A stretch of 63,982 nt of DNA, counting the filler, from Stramenopiles sp. TOSAG23-2 (Eukaryota): the NCBI GenBank assembly GCA_900128395.1. It is 4 parts of 4 records of this genome, joined end to end, with 100 filler letters (N's around TTAATTAATTAA, not from the genome) between each part and the next. Parts side by side here need not be neighbours in the genome. Positions count along the whole stretch, not along the records: positions 16,215 to 32,318 come from LT649685.1; positions 32,419 to 48,504 come from LT649686.1; 2 more parts are not named here. One strand, written 5' to 3'. Under the pieces are notes generated by a model that worked only from the letters and a program-made list of their open reading frames with translations, was not told the DNA's origin and ran no database searches. Shown in pieces: positions 23,701-35,454 of the stretch (positions are counted from its first letter, which is position 1; every line of letters starts with the position of its first letter). The position numbers and the translations under genes were made by a program.

Positions 23701-25083
23701 ATACCAAGCGCTATCCGTGGTATGCATACGTCAAAATATACTCCTTTGCTGCCAAATGGAAATCTCAATGATGCTTTATCATAATATGCCGTTTCAGTTT
23801 GTCCATGCAATTGATCGTTTAAATACACTTTAGCATATCTACCAACTTTATTATCATTTGGATTGTTTTTTTTTGATTTAAAACTACCATTACTGCTAAA
23901 TTTGCTACTACCGGAGGAAGACGAAGATGAAAACATATTTTTTAGCAAACTCCTTGAGCTACTACCATTATTATTATTACTATATACATCTTTGTTACTA
24001 CTTTTTTTATTATATCTATTATTTTCCACGTTGCCATTCCCATCCTTATTTAAATCGCCCTGCATTTCAACTGATAATATGTGTAATTCTAATCTGAGTG
24101 CTTTCATTTTATCTTGTTGCATACTTTCAGCACAATTATCACATACACGGACAGGCACAGTATCAACATTTGGCAAAAATAAACGATGCAAAGAGCATGA
24201 GTCGCAGACGAGAGATCCACATTTACGGCAATGGTGGCGGCGCCTTATCAATGTAAAATTTGAAAGGCAAAATTTGCATACAGATTCCGCATCATCTGGT
24301 ACCCATACATTTGCTTGTGCAACCGTATCAAGAGTAGAAATTCTTCGACTTTGAATATTTCTCTTCTGTGCTAATATTTGTATATGCAAGATCTATTCTA
24401 CGATGTAATGTAAATGATGTATTTTGTGCATTATGGGATTTACTGTATAACAATATATCATTAAATAAATGAAAATGATATTGTTGATTTGTTTTCCTTC
24501 CGCGTTTTGTTAATTTTCCTTCCTTTATTAATCGTCTACCATGCTTTGCAAGGCTAATTTTATCAGATGGAAATTGAGATTCTAAACGTACTAATCTATC
24601 AAATTCTTCACGTTGTCGTATAGTTTCATTAATTAAATGTGCTGTGCCATCAACCGCATCCAAAGCTTCTAATAATGTTTCTCTATCGCTATGTTTTTCT
24701 GGTGTGTATTTATGGATTTCTTTCAAAAGCAATTTATAACGTGGTACACGTTGCACTGGCATGATAAAAAAGCTATCCATATTTTGTTGCGGTGCATTTT
24801 TATTAGTTGCTTTATTTGCTCTTTCAATTAATATTTGTTTTAATAAATTTTGAAAGTCAACATTATCTTTAAAATCGTGTATTACTTTAGATGCTTTATC
24901 ATGTGTTGCAGTATATTGTGCATATAATTTAAAACGTGGAGCAAATTGCAAAAATATGTCACCAATTAACGGTGTTTTATCATCTAAAATATTATTGCTC
25001 TGTGGCGGTGGGCTATGTGCAGGTGGTGGTGGTGAGGAGCCACGGACCACACTGTTATTATTATTTTTATTATTATCATTGCT

Positions 25084-25116
<33 letters not shown>

Positions 25117-25395
25117 GATAGTTCTACTTTGAATACGTTGTTTTAAACGTTCTAACAAATCAACATTTACAGTATGTATTTGTTCAATATTTGAAAATAA
25201 TACTGCTAAACTGGAATTGGATATTATACTTTTTTTAATATCAGTATCTGCTATACGAAAATTTTCAATATATGACGTAATTAAAGTTTGTAAATTTTTC
25301 ACAAAAGTTTTCTCCGTTTCTACTAATTCTAATAATACACGTTCACGTTTTTTAAATGTTTCCTCCGTTGGTGGTGGTGGTGGTTTTCTCGACAT
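20724..25395 (-). CDS. RhoGEF with DH-PH-FYVE-C2-like-DH-PH-FYVE architecture, split by a frame break near 24330-24390
   Basis: ORF 24328-25395 has DH (ELVETEKTFV, IMPVQRVPRYKLLL) and a PH start. ORF 20724-24389 has FYVE (WVPD...RRRHHCRKCG), a second DH/PH and a C-terminal FYVE. Confidence 0.8.
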
Positions 25396-26552
25396 GTCCC
25401 TCCCCCCCGCGCGTGCGCCCCTCTTCGTTCTTTATTAAATAATTATCTAGAATGTCTCTCGATATCTATGTTTTTTAAATGTTTCCTCCGTTGGTGGTGG
25501 TGGTGGTTTTCTCGACATGTCCCTCCCCCCCGCGCGTGCGCCCCTCTTCGTTCTTTATTAAATAATTATCTAGAATGTCTCTCGATATCTATATGTATCT
25601 GTATGTATATATATGTATAGATAGATGTAGATGTACATGATGTTGAAAAAAAAATAGAAATGGAAATGTTCTATATCAGTTTTAGTATAAGTTTGTCTAA
25701 GAAGAAGAAGAACTATATTTGTTGTGTTTGTACTCGCCTCTCCGAAGCTACAGTTGTTAAATGCTGGTATGATCTACTAGAGTTGTTGCTGTTAAAGATG
25801 GCCATTTTAAATTTTTAGTTTTACAACTTTTTTTCTCTTCTACCATTAAATAGGATTACATAGCATTACATATATATATATTTAAGGTATTTTAGTGTTT
25901 ATTTTTTTAAAAAAAACTTTTTTCTCTTCTACCATTAAATAGGATTACATAGCAGTACATATATATATTTAAGGTATTTTAGTGTTTATTTTTTAAAAAA
26001 AAAGTTGGAAAAAACAAAGATTTAAAATGGCCGATAATAATGTCGACAACTCTATTTAGTTTTTTTAATTTTTACTTGATCCTCTATTTTATTATATTGG
26101 GGTTCCACTTCGTACTTCTGATATGAATTACTATATACTATAAATTATATCTATCAAAATATATATACAATGGTGTATCGAGTGTATCTGGTGTGTCTAA
26201 TGGCTCTCCAGCTCTCCAGGCTCTCCAGCATTATCCAGCTATATCTTAATCTTGCATGCTATGTACATATGATTATAGTGATTGTATATACCTGGTGGTA
26301 ATATAAAAAAAAAAAATGCTTTTACTTTGTGGACGACTCCCCACGACCCTCTGTCTAATTAAAACGATACACTATTGATTTTTAAAAATAGCATGTGTAT
26401 AGCATTGTATTGTGTGCGTCCAATCTAACAACAACAAAACTCCTTCTTCATCAAATAAACGCGTGCCGCCTCAAATAACTTGTGATGGAGATACCAAATG
26501 GGAAGGTAGCTTTGATGAAATAATATTTACTATTAGTTCTTCTAAGAGAACG

Positions 26553-26935
26553 TAATTTACTACAATATAATTTCACGAAAGAAGTAGTAGTTATATATAT
26601 ATAAAAAAAGGTAATTGACTCCAATATAATTTCGCGAAAGACGTATAGCAGAAATATAAAAAAAAAGGTAATTGACTCCATTATATTTTCACGAAAGACG
26701 TAGCAGAGATATATAAAAAAAAAAGGTAATTGACTCCATTATATTTTCACGAAAGACGTAGCAGAAATATATAAAAAAAAAAAGGTAATTTAATCCATTA
26801 CAATTTCACGAAAGACGTAGCAGAAATATATAAAAAAAAAAAGGTAATTTAATCCATTACAATTTCACGAAAGACGTAGCAGAAATATTAAAAAAAAAAG
26901 ATAATTTAATCCATTATTATATTTTCACGAAAGAA
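26553..26935. repeat. Minisatellite, ~7 copies of a ~55-60-bp unit
   Basis: Repeated TTTCACGAAAGACGTAGCAGAAATATATAAAAAAAAAAAGGTAATT(G/T)A(C/A)TCCATTA with a variable A-run. Confidence 0.9.
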
Positions 26936-27039
26936 ATAATATATATATATATATATATATATACGAAAAAAATTATCAATTTGTCTTTTTTAAAATAACA
27001 GTATATACATTTATAACACAATTAATTTATATATAAACC

Positions 27040-28740
27040 ATGTCAAGAGCATTTTTATTACAACCAAATAAAACAAGTAATAATAATAATGAACAAATAT
27101 TAGATGTATGTATTATTGGAGCTGGATTTTCTGGTATGTACCAATTGCATAAATTAAGATCATCAAATGTACAAAATGTCAAAGTCATTGAAGCGGGATC
27201 AGGTGTTGGTGGAACATGGTATTGGAATAGGTACCCTGGATGTAGATGTGATGTACCATCCGTTGAATATTCATATTCATTTAATGAAGAGCTTCAACAA
27301 GATTGGACGTGGACAGAAATGATGGCTCCACAACCTGAAATTGAGAAATATGCCAACCATGTTGCAGATCGTTTCAAATTACGTGATGGTATTGATTTCA
27401 ATACAAAAGTTATGAAAGTGGAATATAATGAACAAGAGAAAATTTGGTATACGTATACAGATACGAATAAAACATATAATTCAAAATTTGTTATTACCTG
27501 TGTTGGCTGTTTATCAAATCCAAACTTACCAGATATATATCACCAATCCGCTGCAAATTTTAAAGGGACAACGATACACACAGGTCGCTGGCCAAAAAAA
27601 AATCCAGATTTTTCTGGTAAAAAAGTTTGTATCATTGGGACTGGATCAAGCGGTATACAAACGTTGCCGGAAGTTGCAAATGGAAAATTAGGCAAATGTG
27701 AAGTTACCGTCATGCAACGTACGCCACAATATACATTACCTGCGAACAATCATCCTTTATCAAAAGAATATGTGAATAATACGAAAAAAAATTATGATCG
27801 TATACGAAAATTTGAAAGAGAATCTGCAGCAGGGATTAGTTTAGTTGATTATTTAGGTGGTTCCATATATAGTCCAGATGTTCAATTGCCATTGCCACCG
27901 ATTGAAGATAATATCATGGATTTAAATGAAGATGAACGATTGGCTTTATTGGATAAATATGGATTCGAAGTGATACGTAAATTTGCGGATGTACGAGTTT
28001 CAGAAAAAGCAAATAAAATTGTACAAGATTTATTTGCAAAGCAAGTCAAACGTGTTGTGAAAGATCCTGTCACTGCAGAAGCATTAACACCGAAAGATTA
28101 TCCATTGGGTTGTAAACGACAAGTTATTGATACTAACTTTTTCGAAGCTTTTAATTTACCAAATGTAAAATTAGTTGATTTAACAAAAGGTAAAATATCT
28201 GCCATAACAGCAAATGGAGTTGAAACGGAGCAAGGTACATTTGATTTCGATGTAATCATCTTTGCAGTTGGTTTTGATGCAATGACTGGACCATTAACAT
28301 CATTAAATATACACGGTAAAAATGGGCAGACAATATCAGGTAATTGGGAAAAAGAAGGGCCGAAAACATATTTAGGTTTACAAATGGTTGGATTTCCAAA
28401 TTTATTCACGGTGACGGGACCTGGATCACCATCTGTTTTAAGTAATATGATGGTAAGCATTGAACAACATGTAGATTGGATTTCCCAAACCATTGTTGAT
28501 ATGAAAGGAAAAGAAACTATTGAACCAACGGTGGAGGCACAAGAAAAATGGGTGAAACATGTGAATGATGTGACACAAGGTTCAATGTTAGTCAATCCAT
28601 CTTGTAATTCTTGGTATTTAGGTGCAAATATTCCTGGTAAACCGAGAATTTTTATGCCATATTTAGGGGGCGTCGGCGCATATAGAGAAATATGCAATGA
28701 AGTAAGAAAAGAAGGTTACAAAGGCTTTCAAATTTCTTGA
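27040..28740 (+). CDS. Type I Baeyer-Villiger monooxygenase (cyclohexanone monooxygenase-like)
   Basis: GAGFSG, GGTWYWNRYPG, BVMO fingerprint FKGTTIHTGRWP, GTGSSG, AVGFDAMTG and SWYLGANIPGKPR. Intronless. Confidence 0.92.
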   Translation: MSRAFLLQPNKTSNNNNEQILDVCIIGAGFSGMYQLHKLRSSNVQNVKVIEAGSGVGGTWYWNRYPGCRCDVPSVEYSYSFNEELQQDWTWTEMMAPQPEIEKYANHVADRFKLRDGIDFNTKVMKVEYNEQEKIWYTYTDTNKTYNSKFVITCVGCLSNPNLPDIYHQSAANFKGTTIHTGRWPKKNPDFSGKKVCIIGTGSSGIQTLPEVANGKLGKCEVTVMQRTPQYTLPANNHPLSKEYVNNTKKNYDRIRKFERESAAGISLVDYLGGSIYSPDVQLPLPPIEDNIMDLNEDERLALLDKYGFEVIRKFADVRVSEKANKIVQDLFAKQVKRVVKDPVTAEALTPKDYPLGCKRQVIDTNFFEAFNLPNVKLVDLTKGKISAITANGVETEQGTFDFDVIIFAVGFDAMTGPLTSLNIHGKNGQTISGNWEKEGPKTYLGLQMVGFPNLFTVTGPGSPSVLSNMMVSIEQHVDWISQTIVDMKGKETIEPTVEAQEKWVKHVNDVTQGSMLVNPSCNSWYLGANIPGKPRIFMPYLGGVGAYREICNEVRKEGYKGFQIS

Positions 28741-28748
28741 AAAAAATA

Positions 28749-28870
28749 TACACCTGCACTATACACCTGCACCGTGTTGTTATACACCTGCACCGTGTTG
28801 TTATACACCTGCACCGTGTTGGCCGTCCGATACACCTGCACCGTGTTGTTATACACCTGCACCGTGTTGG
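28749..28870. repeat. Short tandem repeats of TACACCTGCACCGTGTTG
   Basis: About six full or partial copies directly after the BVMO stop. The same core recurs at 32007-32077. Confidence 0.8.
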
Positions 28871-29436
28871 TCGTCCCTGCGTGCATTGTTGTTATTCGCA
28901 TTTACATTATTAGAGCACGTCCTCCAATGGCGCCATATGAATATGTGTGGTGGGAGGTTTGTGTTTTTATTATTTTGTTATGCATATGAGTTGTATCATA
29001 TCATACATCTTTTAAATTTTTTATATAAAAAAATACGAGAGGAGAGGTAACGCGAGATTAATGTTTAAAATCAAATATCATAAAATTTTTATTTTAAAAT
29101 GCGTATTTTAAATTAGTGCGTGTGTTTTTTATAATTTTTTGTTTTTGCGTTTACCAGAAAAGAGGAAAGTACGCGAGAAGTAATTTTTTTCAAATTTTCT
29201 CAGAAAAAAAATAAAACTCTCTGCTCTTCCTCTCTTCTCTCACAAATCCATGTAATTCAATTTAATATTTTCATTTTTTATATTTTATCAATCTCTCTTT
29301 AATCATTTATTCTACCGCGACCGCATGCCAGGCATGATAATTAACATCAATACAAATGATTAATTATCTCTTGTGAACATATAATCATATATATATATAT
29401 ATAAAATACGTCGTATATATATATATATTTTTTTTT

Positions 29437-32007
29437 TCAACTTCTACCAGTCAATTTTTCCTCCAATCGATTCAATATATGTTTACCACATGATAAACGT
29501 TTTAATTGAGCTGATTGGTTTTGTATTGTTTCCACTACTTTGTCAAATTCAGAACCTTCTGCAAAATCTAGTACTTTCTGTACAACGTAATTTGCATATG
29601 GATCTTTCATCATCGTTTGCAATGGACATAAACCATTTGTACCTGGTTCCAAGATTGCTAATATCAAATCTGCACGTGTACGGCGATCGGAATTTTGCAA
29701 TGCTTTTTCTACAACATTAGAAGCAAATTTATGCCTTGAAAATTCCAATATATTATCTTTAACTTTTTTGATAATATAATTACGATTTTTTGGTATACCA
29801 CGCGTCAATATATGTTGAATGACATAGTTACCATATTGATCTAAAATTAAATCTTTGCAACCATCCATCACTTCTTTTAATACAGGGCTTTTCTGAACAC
29901 CGGTACAAAATTCTAATACGCGTTGGACAACACGGCAACCGTATGGATGTTTAGCCAAAGTCAATACTTTTCCATAAAACGAGCCGATAATGAAATCAAC
30001 TTTATTTGCTGGAACATGTTCAATGCATTTTTGAATGACGTGATTTCCATTTTGATCGCGAACGCATTCTTCAACATGGCCTCTTAACTCATCAATCAAC
30101 GCACTGCGAACTTCATCCGTTACCGTCTCAATAGCTTTTTGTACAACACGGCAACCGTACATTTGTAAAGACAATTTCAACACATTGCCTTTCAATGCAG
30201 CTACCAAATGTTTGCGCTCCACATCACCGCCATATTCAAAGACTTTCTGTACAACATAATTTCCAAAAACATCATTCATTAACATAATTAAATCGCCTTT
30301 AATTTCATTGAATATAAGTTCTTTCTCATCATTCGTTGCATGTTCTAATTTTTGCTGTATGAAACGGGATCCGTGCTGATCCTGTGCAAAGCTCATTACA
30401 TGGCCTTTCATACCTCTAATAGTCATCTTCGCTTGCACATCTTTATTTTCACGGAAATCGTTCAACAATGCACTACGCGACGCGGCGTTTCCACTTGATG
30501 GAGAATTATTTCCATTTTGATTGTTGCCACGTCTTGAATTCGACATATTATTTATATTGTTACTACGACGATTGTTAGATTGGTTACCTCCTTGGTTACG
30601 ATTGTTGCGATTGCTACGACGACTTTGTACTTGTTGAAATTGATTTTGTGAAGAAGCTTGGCTGCCATATGCACCTCTAGCATTTTTATTGGCGTTGCTA
30701 ATGCTGCCAGCAATATGTTGAGCTGCATTTGTGCTTCTACCCCATGCATTCGTTACCGGTTTAGCTTGCGTTTGCTGCTGTGGTCCTTTTGTCGTTGAAT
30801 TCGAAGTTGCCGTCGAATTGCGTTGGTTTTGTTGTTGTTGTGGCCTTGATCCTCCAGACGATCCATTGTTGTTATTCGCATTTACATTATTAGTACGTCC
30901 TCCAATGGCGCCATATGGCTGCTGTTGCTGCGATCGCCTTTGCTGATTGTTACCGTTGTTATTATACGAACTACGTTGTTGTTGTTGCATATTGTTATTA
31001 TTCGTATTATTATTACGTCTATTATCAAATTGCCCTTGTTGACCAACAAACTGTTGTTGCTGCTGCTGCTGCTGCTGCTGTGGTGGTGGTTGACGAATAT
31101 TATTACTATTATTCCCATTGTTAATAATATTATCAGGTCTAATATTATTATTGTAATTATTATTATTACCACCACCGATAATATTATTATTACCACCAAA
31201 ATTCATTGAATTGTTAGCATTTGAAAAATAATGTTGTTGTTGCTGATAGTTTCCACCAATAATACCATTCATATTGTTGTTTAAACCAATATTATTATTA
31301 CCACCAGCACCACCACCAAGCATACCATTGTTGTAAATTCCACCAGCACCAAAACCACCATTGAAATTGCCGTTGTTGTTGTTGTTATTATTATTCCCAT
31401 ACCCATTTAGGCCACCAATAAAGTTGTTTTGTTGTTGTTGCTGCTGTTGTTGATAATTATTAATATTTGGATTATTATAATTATTATTATTATTATTATT
31501 ATTATATACGTGGCGTTGCTGTTGCAATGGGCTAATATTGATTCCACCAAATGATTGCTCTAAAGAGGAATTTACATCATTAGCTACGTAACCATTTACA
31601 TGATTGCTGCCGTTGTTGTTGTTTGTATTGCTACGTGGTGACGCTACATCGTTATTTCCGGAATTGTTTGTATATAATGTTGGCGATGGTGCACGTTGTG
31701 GAACGTTGTTGTTAAGCCCACTGTTACCCCATGAAGATGCATTATTCATACTACCTTGTGGTGGTGGTTGCATTGTTGTAGTTTCCCAAGTACCAGGTGG
31801 GGGAAGTCTTGGATTCATACGACGTTTTCTTCGAATTTCTTCATCGTTTAAGATGCCCGTATTGCCAACAATTCCAGCACCCATATTATTTCCTCCACCT
31901 AATACACCATCGTTTATATTTAAATTTGGTGGCGCACTTAAACCAGATGACTGTAGATGTTCTACACTGTATGAACCTATTCGAACTTGTTGTTGTTGAT
32001 TGGCCAT
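29437..32007 (-). CDS. Pumilio/PUF RNA-binding protein with an N/Q-rich N-terminus
   Basis: Eight Puf repeats (DQHGSRFIQQKLE, DVFGNYVVQK, QMYGCRVVQK, DQNGNHVIQK, HPYGCRVVQR, DQYGNYVIQH, HKFASNVVEK, DPYANYVVQK). Confidence 0.93.
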   Translation of the reverse strand: MANQQQQVRIGSYSVEHLQSSGLSAPPNLNINDGVLGGGNNMGAGIVGNTGILNDEEIRRKRRMNPRLPPPGTWETTTMQPPPQGSMNNASSWGNSGLNNNVPQRAPSPTLYTNNSGNNDVASPRSNTNNNNGSNHVNGYVANDVNSSLEQSFGGINISPLQQQRHVYNNNNNNNNYNNPNINNYQQQQQQQQNNFIGGLNGYGNNNNNNNNGNFNGGFGAGGIYNNGMLGGGAGGNNNIGLNNNMNGIIGGNYQQQQHYFSNANNSMNFGGNNNIIGGGNNNNYNNNIRPDNIINNGNNSNNIRQPPPQQQQQQQQQQFVGQQGQFDNRRNNNTNNNNMQQQQRSSYNNNGNNQQRRSQQQQPYGAIGGRTNNVNANNNNGSSGGSRPQQQQNQRNSTATSNSTTKGPQQQTQAKPVTNAWGRSTNAAQHIAGSISNANKNARGAYGSQASSQNQFQQVQSRRSNRNNRNQGGNQSNNRRSNNINNMSNSRRGNNQNGNNSPSSGNAASRSALLNDFRENKDVQAKMTIRGMKGHVMSFAQDQHGSRFIQQKLEHATNDEKELIFNEIKGDLIMLMNDVFGNYVVQKVFEYGGDVERKHLVAALKGNVLKLSLQMYGCRVVQKAIETVTDEVRSALIDELRGHVEECVRDQNGNHVIQKCIEHVPANKVDFIIGSFYGKVLTLAKHPYGCRVVQRVLEFCTGVQKSPVLKEVMDGCKDLILDQYGNYVIQHILTRGIPKNRNYIIKKVKDNILEFSRHKFASNVVEKALQNSDRRTRADLILAILEPGTNGLCPLQTMMKDPYANYVVQKVLDFAEGSEFDKVVETIQNQSAQLKRLSCGKHILNRLEEKLTGRS

Positions 32008-32318
32008 ACCTGCACCGTGTTTGTGGACGGATATTAATGCACCGTGTTTGGATATCTGTTAGTCCTGCACCGTGTTTTTGAAGCGAAGCTTATATATGTA
32101 TATGCGTTTGTATGTATGTATATGCGTTTGTATGTATGTATATACATATATATGTATATGCTTTTCTACGTATATATATGTATACATAGTGTCGTTTTTA
32201 TTAATTAAGTTTGGGGGGAAAAGAATTTACTTACTTTTTCGTTTTATAATAATTCTAACGTATTTTTTCTTTATATATTTGTATTTATATGTAAATGTAT
32301 TTACAGACGATTTGATAT

Positions 32319-32418
32319 NNNNNNNNNNNNNNNNNNNNNNNNNNNNNNNNNNNNNNNNNNNNTTAATTAATTAANNNNNNNNNNNNNNNNNNNNNNNNNN
32401 NNNNNNNNNNNNNNNNNN
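32319..32418. other. Artificial scaffold linker
   Basis: N-TTAATTAATTAA-N, 100 nt. Confidence 0.95.
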
Positions 32419-32618
32419 AAGGCCAAAAAGGAAAAGAAGAAGAAGAGATATTATAATACAGTAATTAATCGTAAAATGTGCCAATTACATAAAAAATATT
32501 AAATATAATGCAGCAGTATGTGTGCTTACCAAATGCAGAAGAAGAAGAAAAACAACAACAACAAGTATATTATATAATAAGAAAGTGCGGGATTAGAAAC
32601 AAATTAGATTAGAAACAA

Positions 32619-35279
32619 ATGGCATCATTCAGATCAAACACAAGCGATGGAAATCGACCATTGTTACCAAGCCAAGTGAATGATATGAATAATTACGAAC
32701 AAATAAATGCAACATATGAAAATTTAGTACATCATGCTGCTGTATCTGTTCATGCTGGTTTACACGGAAGAATGCATATAGGTTTAAGCAAAGACAGTTT
32801 AGCATTACGTGTTGCATTTTTTTACCATTCCTCCAAATGGCGTGCGTTTTATTTGATTATCACTGCGTGTAATCTGTCATTGGCATTTTGGGAGAATGAT
32901 GCTGGTCAAGAAATTCAATATGGAAGTGCACAGTTTTATTTATTATTTCTAGAAATATTTTTTTTAGCTATATATGTTGCTGATTTAGCATTATTATATA
33001 GGTATACTGGGAAAACATTATTTAAAAGTCGTTGGGTACAATTAAGGGCGGTCATAATTGGTATTATTTTCATAGATACAATGGTGTGCATTCTTACACC
33101 TACTCATCTGGGGCATTATACACGATGTTTAAGGCCAATATTTTTGATTGAACGGTTAAGAAACGTGCGTAAAATAGCTGCTGCGATTGTTGAAAGTACA
33201 CCTAAAATTTTAAATGTTTTGGTGCTATTATTTTTTCACATTACATTTTTTGGTGTAGTTGCATATGTATTATTTCGTGGTATAGAAGGCACAAATGGTG
33301 ATCATTTGCATAATATCGATCGTTCAAAGTGTAATTTTTTAGGCTATGATCTGAACGATCCAGTAAGGGATGTCGATTGTTCAACATTTAGTAAAAATTG
33401 CAAAGATTATTTTGGGACATTTTATTCATCTGCATTACAATTGTTTATATTGTTGACAACAGCAAATTATCCAGACGTGATGATGCCAGTATACGATTGC
33501 CAATCGTATACCGCATTGTTTTTTGTTATCTATATAAGCATTGGCTTGTACTTTTTAATGAGTTTAGTATTAGCCGTTGTCTATTCTCATTTTGCAGATC
33601 GTACTAGAAAGAAATTTATTAAACATCATAATAAACGTAAGCAATCCATTGATTATGCATTTCAATTATTAGTTGAAGCCAAAAGAAAACGTTTAGAAGG
33701 GGAAACATTGCAAAGCAATAGTAACAGCAACAGTAGTAAGAACAGCAAGAATCATAATAGTGCACATTTATTGTTTACACATGATGAACTTCAAAATGAA
33801 TCGATACATTTACCAGAATGGGTGAATATGTTGCGTTATTTATCTACGAAAATACCATCAGAAGTTGCAGAAGCTTTATTTTATCTTCGTAAAAGGAAAA
33901 AATTAAGAGTTGGCCGACGTTATATAAATAGAGGTGATGATGTTGATAGAAGTGATGAAATGGAGAAAAATTTATATTTAGATCAATTTCGTACGCTTAT
34001 TAGGTTTTCACGAATACGTGTAAGAAAGAAACCCAGAAATAATAATAAGGTGGGAAGATTAAAGACATTGCATCGTTTAGCAAAGCGTGTTTCGTCAGCT
34101 AGCATGTCTACACGAGATTCAATAAGATTAAAATTGCAAGCAATTATAGCAACAAAATTTTGGATTTATGGGTTTGATGCATTGGTATTTATAAATAGTG
34201 TTTTACTTGTCATGATTTTAGCACCAGGTGGACATCTATATCATACAGCACTAAGAACAAGCAGTCAAATATTTTTATACCTCTTTACAGTTGAAGTTAT
34301 AACGAAAATTTTTGCATTAAGTTTTACAAAATTTTGGAATTTATCAAAGATGAATCAACTTGATTTTGTTACTGTTACTAGTGGTGTTGTGGTGAATATT
34401 ATATCAATTTTCGTTAATAATCAAAATAAACAAGCTGTACAATTTTTAAGTATTAGCATAACCTTTATACGTATGATTCGTTTATTGCGCGTTCTAAGAG
34501 TTTTATCAGAGTTCCGTGTGGTAACAAATACAATTGTACATGTATTACCAGCATTAATGCGTTATTTTGCTGTGTTGTTGGGTATATTTTATACATATGC
34601 CATTGTTGGCATGGAATTATTTGGGAATAAGTTGGATGTTACAAAATTGAGCTATCCTTACAATATCCAATTGAACCAAAGCAGTTATGTGTTGAGCGAA
34701 TATCAAAGTAATAATTTCGATTCAATAGCAAATTCATTTGTAACATTGTTTGAACAAATGGTTGTAAATAATTGGCCAATTGTGATGGAAGGTTGTATTG
34801 CATCGACTGGATATTGGTCTGTGCTATATTTTATATCATTTTACTTAATAACAGTCATTACAGTAATGAATGTATTAATAGCATTTTTGCTGGATGCATA
34901 TCAAGCACATAAAGATTCCTTTGAACATCAACTTGGTATGAATGAAAACTTTCAGCAAGACAACATGCATAGAAATCATGGAAAGGGGGCATGGTTGATT
35001 CAATTGGAAAAAGTTGCATTTAATCGTAATATTGATATTTCAGCTTACAAGTTGCAATTAAAATCCCATGTTGGTGATGTGTACAAAGCAATGTACGGAG
35101 ATACAGATGTAGTTGAATCCGAGTCATTTTCATCTGATGTCCTTGATGACGTGCTTAATGAGAATAATATCGCAAGAAATAGTATTGATTTGGAAGTGGA
35201 AGAAATCAGTGCAATTTTGGATGCCGATGATGGCATGTTATTTGCAGGTGAAGAAGAAGAAGATGATGATGATATATAA
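32619..35279 (+). CDS. Two-pore calcium channel (TPC family)
   Basis: Two 6TM-like repeats with pore motifs LLTTANYPDVMMP and LFEQMVVNNW, and an S4 RMIRLLRVLR. Confidence 0.9.
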   Translation: MASFRSNTSDGNRPLLPSQVNDMNNYEQINATYENLVHHAAVSVHAGLHGRMHIGLSKDSLALRVAFFYHSSKWRAFYLIITACNLSLAFWENDAGQEIQYGSAQFYLLFLEIFFLAIYVADLALLYRYTGKTLFKSRWVQLRAVIIGIIFIDTMVCILTPTHLGHYTRCLRPIFLIERLRNVRKIAAAIVESTPKILNVLVLLFFHITFFGVVAYVLFRGIEGTNGDHLHNIDRSKCNFLGYDLNDPVRDVDCSTFSKNCKDYFGTFYSSALQLFILLTTANYPDVMMPVYDCQSYTALFFVIYISIGLYFLMSLVLAVVYSHFADRTRKKFIKHHNKRKQSIDYAFQLLVEAKRKRLEGETLQSNSNSNSSKNSKNHNSAHLLFTHDELQNESIHLPEWVNMLRYLSTKIPSEVAEALFYLRKRKKLRVGRRYINRGDDVDRSDEMEKNLYLDQFRTLIRFSRIRVRKKPRNNNKVGRLKTLHRLAKRVSSASMSTRDSIRLKLQAIIATKFWIYGFDALVFINSVLLVMILAPGGHLYHTALRTSSQIFLYLFTVEVITKIFALSFTKFWNLSKMNQLDFVTVTSGVVVNIISIFVNNQNKQAVQFLSISITFIRMIRLLRVLRVLSEFRVVTNTIVHVLPALMRYFAVLLGIFYTYAIVGMELFGNKLDVTKLSYPYNIQLNQSSYVLSEYQSNNFDSIANSFVTLFEQMVVNNWPIVMEGCIASTGYWSVLYFISFYLITVITVMNVLIAFLLDAYQAHKDSFEHQLGMNENFQQDNMHRNHGKGAWLIQLEKVAFNRNIDISAYKLQLKSHVGDVYKAMYGDTDVVESESFSSDVLDDVLNENNIARNSIDLEVEEISAILDADDGMLFAGEEEEDDDDI

Positions 35280-35454
35280 TCAGAAGAACGTTTGTGAGAT
35301 GAGTAAAAAAAAGTTATATATATATACGCGTATGTGCGTATGTATGTCACGTGTGCGTGTGTGTGCTCTAAAATAGATTTATTTTTATACGGTATATATA
35401 AATTATTATGTACGAAGTATAACTTCTCCGTCTCCCCTAAAAAAATCTTTTTTA

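Noticed and set aside
1274-25990. Many exact adjacent duplications of ~60-240 bp (about 1274-1405, 4087-4570, 6985-7152, 14478-14668, 18462-18718, 18828-19086, 25348-25590, 25826-26003)
   Set aside because: They are identical copies that cut through gene ends at random, a pattern typical of scaffold-overlap or gap-closing artefacts. The same process may inflate the unit count in microexon array 2.
26553-26935. Possible second microexon array (units contain CAG...AAG-GTAATT)
   Set aside because: The implied introns would be only ~38 nt with no clear branch point, and the spacers are variable-length A-runs. It is an ordinary minisatellite.
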